The translations under genes were made by a program, and so were the position numbers. Positions 1-7,294 of a DNA stretch of 15,678 nucleotides are shown here, in pieces. This stretch comes from Amoeboradix gromovi X-113 (Eukaryota > Fungi > Sanchytriomycota), in assembly GCA_018985225.1 (NCBI GenBank), contig JADGIF010000184.1:1-15678 (forward strand), given 5' to 3'. Below the pieces are notes generated by a model that saw nothing but the letters and a program-made list of their open reading frames with translations, was not told the origin of the DNA and ran no database searches. Within the stretch, counting starts at the first letter, position 1. Each line of letters begins with the position of its first letter.

Positions 1-299
1 TAAGGATGATTTTTCGGCTTTCGGTAAGATAAGCGAGTTCACGACCAACATATTAAGTTGGGGAAACGGGAAACTAGCTATTTATATTGTCTTAATGAAA
101 GACAGACCTGGGAATGGGTATCAGACCTGAATCTGCTCTACCTTTATTCTACCAATAAAAGTAGAGACTCTGTAATCCTGGATCATGTCAATTCTGATGG
201 CGCATATACAGAAGCGTATTTGCATGTCTTTGTTCCTTGAGAATGTTTTTTAGAGATGGGAGCAGAGTAGATCGAATTTAAGAAGAGAGATTTATTAAA

Positions 300-779
300 T
301 TACAACTTCTCAACTTTCATACCGTCCTTAAAGAATGTCAAATAACTAGTTAATCCGTCTTCTCTCCAGTTTAAAATTGCAACCATAGCATCAGGGTCCA
401 TAGACTCACCAATATAAAATTGCAAATCTGCCATTTGACCTAGAACTTGCTTAACATATGTTTGTGCATCTTTTTTAAATCCTTCTACTCTATCAGGATC
501 ATTTGCTTCCAAATGTGCTTGTAATTTCTTCATGTAACCCTTGATGTAAGTCATGTAGGTTTTCTTATCAAATTGAGTCTCGATTAATCGAAAAGAGTAC
601 ACTACGTCGTTAACTGTGATAGTTTGATCATCCACATCCTCATCATTCACAGGTAAATCGCTGCCTTCTTTTACAGAGATCATGTTGCAGTCAACCTCAT
701 AAGTACATCCTACTTCTCTAAATTTGTATGCGTCACTAAACATTTCATCACCGCTGAAGACATCTCGAAATAATTTCAT
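300..779 (-). CDS. TMA19: Translationally controlled tumour protein (TCTP/Tma19)
   Basis: Intronless 159-aa ORF with TCTP hallmarks: N-terminal 'DVFSGDEMFSDAY', 'FDKKTYMTYIKGYMKKL', 'QFYIGESMDPDAMV' and C-terminal 'FFKDGMKVEK'. Confidence 0.96.
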   Translation of the reverse strand: MKLFRDVFSGDEMFSDAYKFREVGCTYEVDCNMISVKEGSDLPVNDEDVDDQTITVNDVVYSFRLIETQFDKKTYMTYIKGYMKKLQAHLEANDPDRVEGFKKDAQTYVKQVLGQMADLQFYIGESMDPDAMVAILNWREDGLTSYLTFFKDGMKVEKL

Positions 780-971
780 TTGAAGTTACAACGGAGATTG
801 TGTTACAATCTTTTTTATCAAGTTCGCCAAGTAAATTTCGGAAGAACATAAAATTAAATGAGCGATCTCTTCTTCAGAGCTAAAAATGATTACAATTTTA
901 CTTATTTTTCTATTTCTCTGCGTCAATAGGATATTAGTGTCAAGGAGTACGGCTTTTAGTTTTATCATATT

Positions 972-977
972 CACGTG
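972..977. promoter_or_regulatory. CACGTG E-box (Cbf1/bHLH-type site) upstream of RPL37, in the divergent TCTP/RPL37 promoter
   Basis: TCACGTG lies 47 bp before the RPL37 ATG; the same hexamer sits at a similar distance before RPS24. Confidence 0.4.
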
Positions 978-1024
978 CAATATGAAATTATAAATACTTG
1001 TGACGATCCATTTACAATTCAAAG

Positions 1025-1276
1025 ATGACTAAAGGTACATCGTCCATGGGAAAGCGCCACATCAAGACGCATGGTTTGTGTCGAAGATGTGGAAGACATA
1101 GTTATCATTTGCAAAAATACGAATGTGCTGGTTGCGGATATCCTGCTGCTAAACTTAGAAAATATAATTGGAGTGAAAAAGCAATCAGAAGAAAGACAAC
1201 AGGAACAGGCAGATGTCGATATTTGAAAAATGTTACTCGTAGATTTAAGAATGGATTTAGAACTTCTCAAAAATAA
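1025..1276 (+). CDS. RPL37: 60S ribosomal protein L37 (eL37)
   Basis: '[54 protein letters not shown]' is the canonical eL37 zinc-finger sequence. Confidence 0.98.
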   Translation: MTKGTSSMGKRHIKTHGLCRRCGRHSYHLQKYECAGCGYPAAKLRKYNWSEKAIRRKTTGTGRCRYLKNVTRRFKNGFRTSQK

Positions 1277-1455
1277 AATCATATGACTTCTAGATTTCTT
1301 TAGTTATTAGCTAGTAATATGTCCACCTAGAAGCCTGTTCTCATAAACAGGAGTGAATCACGTTCTCAACTATATCTAGGAGCCATTTTAGCCTATATGT
1401 TTCTATTTTTAGTAACAATTTTTTATATAAAGAAAACGCGACGTGCTCACGCGAT

Positions 1456-1899
1456 ATGTCTGTCATCGCTGATCCAAAAATTAAAGCTCTTTATGAGGAA
1501 GTACGTAAAGACTCTTCCGATGTCAATTGGTTATACTTGACATACAAAGAGCCAGCAGATGTCTTGGAAATTAGAGGTAGCGGTAATGGCGGATTTCAAG
1601 AGTTTCTAAAGCAGTTGAAACCAGAAGAATGCGGATACGGATATGTGAGAATTAACATTGGTAACGATGAGTTGTCTACCAGATGTAAATTCATCTTAGT
1701 AAGCTGGGTAGGATCTAATGCTAAAATCATGAGAAAGGCTAAAATTAGTGTGCAGCTTTCTGAAGTCAAAAGTGTTATCAAAGTATATGCTTGCGAATTT
1801 GCTGCCAATACTCTTAATGACTTGAAGCAAGAGGAAGTGTTATTAAAAGTGCAGAAAGCTATGGGTGCTAACTACGACAGACAGTCAAGTAGCTACTAA
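1456..1899 (+). CDS. Coactosin-like ADF-homology actin-binding protein
   Basis: Single 147-aa ADF-H domain: 'YEEVRKDSSDVNWL', 'SGNGGFQEF', 'YGYVRI..GNDELS.RCKFILVSWVG', 'MRKAKISV', ending 'KAMGANYD'. Confidence 0.88.
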   Translation: MSVIADPKIKALYEEVRKDSSDVNWLYLTYKEPADVLEIRGSGNGGFQEFLKQLKPEECGYGYVRINIGNDELSTRCKFILVSWVGSNAKIMRKAKISVQLSEVKSVIKVYACEFAANTLNDLKQEEVLLKVQKAMGANYDRQSSSY

Positions 1900-1925
1900 G
1901 TAAATCATGATATCTCATTTATTAA

Positions 1926-3873
1926 TTATATTACTTCGTCTAATGAGCCTACCCGTTCAAATCCTCCTCTTTTTCCTGTTTTTTGTTCTTCTCGGTATTC
2001 CTTGATGTTCTTTGCAAATAAGGTCATAACAAAGGCTATACTTATTAATATAACTATTAGAAACATCATCCTATATGAGAAATTTTTACAAGTTCAATGC
2101 TAACGATGACTTTGCACCAGCAAATGCAATGTTTTCATGATTGCTTAATGTGTAAGCAGATGTTATTGGCACCTTTGCAGACATCTCTGTATATTCAAAT
2201 GATATGGACTCTGTTGAAAACAGCGTTTTTTTCGTTGAATAACTGTTTGTGGTACTCTCATCAATTATATCGAACCGAAATCTCATTATATCATCCGTCT
2301 TAGTCGCCGTCAATGTCAAACTAGAATTATCATTTGTGTTGTTAAATGCAGTATCGTTGAACAATTTTGAGCTTATGTTGTATCTGTTGGTGGGCCAGCT
2401 TTTTGTCGTATTGACCATGGTTGAATTGATTTGTATGGACGTCTGGATATCCCATCTAAATGGCTTGTTCACAGTTGATAAGACCGAAGATGTACTCTCT
2501 ATTACCCAGTTGAACTTATTTGCAGTAAAAGATGAAGACATGCGCCTTGTGCTAAACACAGAGGATAGCGACTTCAATTTTGTACTTGTTGTTGTCGGTG
2601 TAAAATCTAAACACTGTCGTTGTTTGATTTCTTCTACGTCAACACATGTTAAAAATCTAGTACCAGTAGTTAAATTGTGCAAGTTATTAGGGTATCCACA
2701 ATTTGGATAGTCTACTTTTAAACCCAAAACGGGGTCTTTAATTGTAGTGCAATTGTATGGCAATGCTATTCCTTTATTTACAGTTATCATTTTAGGAAGT
2801 GGGCTACTATCCATACAAATCGCATTCATCATTCTAAAGTAACTAGACGAGAATGCCATGTCTATTGATTCAACGCTTGAAAGCTTTGTATTGTTCGCGT
2901 CTTGTATAGTAGAATACCTAATTCTTATGTTTTTACTACAAGGTACTATTGGATTTATGCTAGTTACATTTATGTAATCCATTGTTATAGATTTTACGGG
3001 AAAAGTGCAATCGATATCATTTATTGCATTGTTAAATATCCACGAGTTACCATTGAACCTGATATCGGTATTCACAAAAATTTCGTTAAACACCAGTAAT
3101 TTTATAGGATTATATGACAAGTCAAGATAGCTGTTCAAATCGCTTCCCAGGTAATACCAAAAAGGTATTTCTGTCAGTAGATTGTTGCTCAAATGTAAAT
3201 TAACAACATTAGGGAAGACATTGTCATCCAAAGATTGAAAAAGATTATTGGACCCATCAAAAGTTTTTAAATATGCCGCGTCAAGGCTGCTAGGAAAGGA
3301 TGTCAACTTGTTGTCACTAATTTTTAGTGTGTCCAGTTGATACATTGTCACTCTGGCGCTCATGGAATCAAATGTTACGTTGTTCATCCCGGTTAGCTGT
3401 ATAGATTTTAAAGACTTTTTGCCTTGCGAAAAAATACATTGCGGAATACTTAAATTTGATAACCCTTGTAGGTGCAACAATTTTATGAATTTGTAGTTTG
3501 TGTTGGAGCATAAATCTGTTAAAAAAGAAGTTTTGATATTTGAACTAACAGATAAAACTAGGCTTTGTAGTTTTATATTAGATTCAAACCAAGATTTGGG
3601 TATCGGCTGGTTTATGAATTCTGTATCTAGATTAACTAGCTGAGTGAAGTTAACTAACAACGTAGGATTGAAATAACTGCAATCCAGTATTTGGATTCTC
3701 AAGGTTGTTATTTGATTAAAGGGAATTGATAAACACGTTGAATTCCACGGACTAACATCTAACCTAGAAGGTACATCTTTACCCGATTTAGCAATGATGG
3801 TTACTGTCTTGCTATCATAATATATATTAGGAGATGTAGTCAAAGAAGCCGACGAACAAGAAAGATGGCTCAT
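1926..3873 (-). CDS. Leucine-rich-repeat single-pass membrane (receptor-like) protein. Last exon 1926-2070 is joined through a 19-nt intron (2071-2089). 5' end unresolved (first ATG at 3873; frame stays open upstream past the TTG at 3924).
   Basis: LRR units (LDTLKISDNKLTSFP, LKTFDGSNNLFQSL, VVNLHLSNNLLTEIP, YLDLSYNPI), then a Cys-containing region and a Ser/Thr-rich stalk. Removing GTAAAAATTTCTCATATAG extends the frame into LMMFLIVILISIAFVMTLFA (TM helix) and KNIKEYREEQKTGKRGGFERVGSLDEVI*. Confidence 0.8.
2071..2089 (-). other. Putative 19-nt spliceosomal intron
   Basis: GTAAAAATTTCTCATATAG contains the apparent stop of the LRR ORF. Splicing gives TT|G (Leu) in frame with a TM helix and charged tail. 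Confidence 0.75.
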
Positions 3874-4152
3874 TTTCCGAAATAGAAAAAGTAGAAATAT
3901 TATTATCAGAAAGCAAGAGTACAAACGGTGGCCGCTCGCTTATTATAAGCCCCATTGAGTTCCATTACTGTTGTCTTTTGTCCGACTGCATAAACAGCTC
4001 AAAGCACTTTCTGCGTGGTGGACATGAGGACTTTCCCTGGCAAATAGACAAATAGTCTGTAAGTAGCGCCAAATAATGTCATAAACGAGCAACCGGAAGG
4101 AGAAAACTCTAAAGTTGATTACCCTCAGATTCATTGACATGATTGGTCATGC

Positions 4153-4158
4153 CACGTG
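4153..4158. promoter_or_regulatory. CACGTG E-box upstream of RPS24
   Basis: CCACGTG lies 39 bp before the RPS24 ATG, matching the site before RPL37. Confidence 0.4.
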
Positions 4159-4197
4159 TTTTTTTGATTTCTACTCAGTTTCTGTTTACACTAGGCA

Positions 4198-4599
4198 ATG
4201 TCAGATTCTACAACAACCTTGCGCACTCGCAAGTTTTTAACAAACAGACTTTTACAACGTAAGCAAATGGTTATTGACGTATTACATCCAAATCAATCCT
4301 CGCCTTCAAGACAAACACTTAGAGAGCAATTAGCTAAATTATACAACAGCAATATTGAAAACATTGTAGTTTTTGGTGTCATGACTAAATTCGGTGGAGG
4401 TAAATCAACTGGTTTTGCATTGATTTATGATGACGTTGATGCATTAAAAAAATTTGAACCAACATACCGTCAAGTTAGATTTGGTTTAGCTGAAAAAGAA
4501 AAGACAGGTAGAAAGCAACGTAAGGAAAAGAAAAACAGATTGTTAAAATTACGTGGTACAGAGAAAGTTAAAGGCAAAAAGAAGAAGAAGTCTGAGTAA
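4198..4599 (+). CDS. RPS24: 40S ribosomal protein S24 (eS24)
   Basis: '[24 protein letters not shown]', '[20 protein letters not shown]', 'KKFEP.YR..RFGL', '[16 protein letters not shown]'. Confidence 0.98.
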   Translation: MSDSTTTLRTRKFLTNRLLQRKQMVIDVLHPNQSSPSRQTLREQLAKLYNSNIENIVVFGVMTKFGGGKSTGFALIYDDVDALKKFEPTYRQVRFGLAEKEKTGRKQRKEKKNRLLKLRGTEKVKGKKKKKSE

Positions 4600-5008
4600 T
4601 AAAAAAGATTTAATCTTACTGTTTACACTATAATCTTCCATTAAAGTTTTAATTTCGCATAATATCAGGAATTGCTACAGAGAGACTGACAGAGCCAGTC
4701 GCCTGTTTACAATGGTTTGCAACGCGTCTACCGAAGCCTTTCCAAATATATGAAAGACTGTTTCATTTTGGACCATTATCTGAGTGAAGACAACTCTATT
4801 CTATATCGCTTTGCAATGTATTCAGCTTTAGAATGTTGTATCTGAGATTATTTGGTGAAACTAGTAATACATGAAAACTGAATATGCTCTCTTTGTTCAG
4901 TTAATCAGCCCTGGTAGGACTAACTATTGTGACGATGAGATTCATGTGATAACGTTGTACAATTTACTCAATTAAACAGACCCGTGTAATTAGCCGAACA
5001 AGGAGTAT

Positions 5009-5032
5009 TTAATTTACTCAGGAGTAAATTAA
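5009..5032. repeat. Perfect 11-bp inverted repeat with a 2-nt spacer
   Basis: TTAATTTACTC-AG-GAGTAAATTAA; a half-site AATTTACTCA also occurs at 4961-4970. Confidence 0.6.
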
Positions 5033-5329
5033 GGCTTATTTCGTACACTCAGTATTGCAAGTCAAGTATGGTTAAAATTCTAAATGAAAACGCTTTAAGC
5101 TAAATAATCACAGGCCATTTATGTAATTTTGTTAGCGTACATAGTGTTAGTTTTTAGGCATTATGAACGCCATCTGTAAGCACGAGAGCAAGTCGGGATT
5201 TCTTGAAATTGAAATGTGGTTTTCATGAAATTTGATCATCTTTCTGAAAAATACCAGTTTCAAGTTGATGTGACCACTCTACAGCTCGATTGTTTTCTTG
5301 AATAAATCATTTATCGCGAATTTGTATGC

Positions 5330-5872
5330 ATTTTTGTATAATTTCAAGACTTTTCCAGATTTTTCTAATAGCTTAATTACTCGATATTCTTCCTTTTTGC
5401 AAATGGTAAATGGAGTAAATAGATGTTATCCTGAATATGTCAATTCTAAAGAAATAACTAACAGGTACAGCATACATTCGTCTCAGACTGATAAGCTGGT
5501 CCAAACATGGAAATTCGATGCCATGTACAATATGTGGCACTCTAAAGAAAACCAATTTGGAGTGCTATTCATGTACATAGTGTCGTTTGGAAGTCGACAT
5601 GTACCACATGGCACCAAGGAACAAATTCGATGCCATGTACGAGGTATGATACTTTAAAGAAAACCAACTTAGAAACCTGAACCTGTACCAACTGTCATTT
5701 GAAGGTAGATAGAGATCATATGGCAGCAAGGAACATATACATCAAGTATATGCATCCTTATTCAATCCCTCCTCAGGATAGTGAAAGCGTGAGCAATCAC
5801 TGTAACGGAGCGTCTGGCACTGCTAGTTTCTCTGTGAAAGTTCTCGATTTTCTCAGAAATCAGGACTTTTAA
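5330..5872 (+). pseudogene. Decayed TnpB/Fanzor (Fanzor2-like) RNA-guided nuclease C-terminal region; zinc finger plus RuvC-III present twice in tandem
   Basis: From 5512: NSMPCTICGTLKKTNLECYSCT*CRLEVDMYHMAPRNK. From 5624: NSMPCTRYDTLKKTNLET*TCTNCHLKVDRDHMAARNIYIKYM (frame open to TAA 5870-5872). The consensus S..CxxCG-x11-CxxC....DRD..AARNI fits the TnpB/Fanzor signature. Weaker upstream remnants: FLYNFKTFPDF (~5331-5363) and SK*MLS*..QF (~5414-5446). Confidence 0.78.
5511..5734 (+). repeat. Two diverged tandem copies of a 112-bp unit (5511-5622, 5623-5734)
   Basis: AAATTCGATGCCATGTAC occurs at 5511 and 5623; TAAAGAAAACCAA and ATGGCA.CAAGGAACA recur with the same 112-bp offset. Confidence 0.9.
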
Positions 5873-5879
5873 CGAGGAG
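5769..5879 (+). ncRNA. Candidate omegaRNA (Fanzor/TnpB guide scaffold): closing stem plus three consecutive hairpins
   Basis: Closing stem CTCCTC(5769-74)/GAGGAG(5874-79). H1: ATAGTGA(5778-84)/TCACTGT(5797-803), capped by GC-GTGA-GC (GNRA). H2: ACGGAG(5805-10)/CTCTGT(5830-35) plus CTGGC/GCTAG. H3: GAAAGTTCT(5836-44)/AGGACTTTT(5862-70) plus GATTT/AAATC. It begins ~30 nt after DRDHMAARNI, where TnpB/Fanzor omegaRNAs are encoded. Confidence 0.65.
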
Positions 5880-6241
5880 CTACTCGAACTTTATAAAATA
5901 ATTATTTATTTCAAAGTTAATAAGACTAACTATACTCGACCAGTCATATAATTTAAAAATGTTGATTCATTATGACAGGTAGATTAATTGGGACACCAAA
6001 TATAAAGACTAGACTAACTTTCTGATACAGTTTGAATCATTATATCAAGTGTGTGTTAACCGATAGTAAATTAAATTAAATTAATCTTATTTGTTGCACC
6101 TTTTGCTTAGACACTCAAAGTCCTTATTTGAAAGAGATAGTGGTCGTCTTGTTATATTTTAAAGAGAGGAATGACATTAATGAAAGAAAATTGGTTTGGA
6201 ACGACTTTTATTAGTAACAGTATTTCCTCCTTATGGGACGC

Positions 6242-6450
6242 CAAATATAAAAACTAGACTAACTATTGAAAAGTCATTTCGAGATAAATCAATTCAAAGT
6301 TTTTATTGTAAATCAAATATAAAAACTAGACTAACTGCACTTGACCAATCAATTCGAGTATTTTTTCAACTCAAATATAAAAATAGACTGACTAATTCAG
6401 CCAATAAGATAATTTATTTATTTTATTCAAATATAAAAACTAGAGTAACT
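6242..6450 (+). repeat. Subterminal direct repeats of the TIR core CAAATATAAAAACTAGACTAACT (4 copies)
   Basis: Copies start at 6242, 6314, 6372 and 6428 (periods 72, 58, 56 bp). Inverted copies lie at ~9108, 9167 and 9222 at the other end. Confidence 0.88.
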
Positions 6451-6495
6451 ATTTCAATAAATGAAATTTCTAATTTTATTTTCTTAACAGGGGTA

Positions 6496-7119
6496 ATGGG
6501 CTCGACTCAATCTTCAACGATTAAAGCCGAATCGGTAAAATATGCAGCTGATAGAAAGGCTGAAGCTATATACAAACAAACTGAAGCCCTAGAATTTGTA
6601 GCAAAACAAAAGGCTGATATATTAAAAGACGCAGCCTCTTATCAATTTTATACAAATATTGGAATTATTTTAGCAACTTCAGGTGTTGCTGGTGCTACCT
6701 TAGTTGGAGCTTATATGGGATTTCGAAGTTCAAGGTTAAATCATCAACGAGATCGTACATTTAAACTTGTTGAATTGATGAAAGATACTATTACTGGTAG
6801 ACCACATGAGAAATATTCAGAAGGAATGGTAAAAATCTATAATTAAAAGAATGCTGAAGGTGGTATTTTTAAATGGTTTAAAAATGGAGTTTATAAACAG
6901 GATGAAGAATGGACAGAAATTAACAAGTATCGAAGCTACTGCAAAGCCTTTATTAAAGAAACAGACTATGTCCAAAAGGCGGTGTGTTATGAACTCAACA
7001 AGGTTGCTGAGTATCTGTCCGATGAGGGAACTGTTGAGACCCTGTCAGGTCACAGGATTACACAGTCCCCTGCTAATATAGTTGTGGACCTGGAGTTCAA
7101 TCAGATAAATACCTCATAG
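6496..7119 (+). CDS. Transposon-borne cargo gene, ~200-aa unknown protein with an N-myristoylation-like start (MGSTQS) and one TM-like segment; exons 6496-6828 and 6850-7119
   Basis: The TAA at 6844-46 lies inside GTAAAAATCTATAATTAAAAG (6829-6849, 21 nt, phase 0). The same frame continues for 89 more codons (NAEGGIFKWFKNGVYKQDEEWTEINKYRSYCK...NTS*). Hydrophobic segment: IGIILATSGVAGATLVGAYMGF. Confidence 0.6.
6829..6849 (+). other. Putative 21-nt spliceosomal intron
   Basis: GT...AG, removes an in-frame TAA, and its first 8 nt (GTAAAAAT) are identical to those of the 19-nt LRR intron. Confidence 0.65.
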
Positions 7120-7294
7120 TTCACAGGAGACCTAGGAGATGAATAAGATGCGATCACTGGTAAGCACCGTGATCGTGGAAAATTATAAATAGGAACAATT
7201 CCTCTAGTAAAAACACTTGTGACTTCCAGCTCTACTTCACCTTGAGTTAGCGAAATAGCAATAGATCCGAGTGAGGATCCGAACACAAGTCCTC

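Noticed and set aside
1-240. ORF 58-240 and a possible minus-strand gene start at 51 running off the window
   Set aside because: TTG start with no motif for the first, and too little sequence to judge the second.
786-3099. Short ORFs 786-1022, 1019-1282, 1596-1808, 2097-2303, 2249-2710, 2902-3099
   Set aside because: Promoter-spanning or antisense shadows of confident genes, with no motifs.
4684-4920. Coding-like stretch as the Fanzor N-terminus
   Set aside because: Multiple stops, and I recognised no RuvC-I (DPG/DLG) or HTH motif in the stretches I translated.
5298-5657. 119-aa ORF as a real gene
   Set aside because: It starts at TTG, and its 3' half is an off-frame reading of the Fanzor remnant. 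Only ~5331-5363 may be a true in-frame remnant.
6242-6450. CRISPR-like array (23-bp repeats with 34-49 bp spacers)
   Set aside because: The spacers share sequence with each other, the unit is part of the TIR with inverted copies at 9108-9245, the context is eukaryotic and no cas genes are present. Subterminal transposon repeats explain it better.
6196-6495. N-terminal 100 aa of the 216-aa ORF (NIKTRLT repeats)
   Set aside because: It starts at TTG, crosses the TIR and is just the translation of the subterminal repeats. The likely start is the ATG at 6496.
6844-7245. TAA/TAG reassigned to Gln (ciliate/Amoeboaphelidium-type code), suggested by in-frame TAA/TAG in accessory ORFs
   Set aside because: TCTP, RPL37, RPS24 and VMA1 end at TAA at their expected C-termini, and the Gln-rich gene has no in-frame TAR. 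The stops are explained by short introns or decay.
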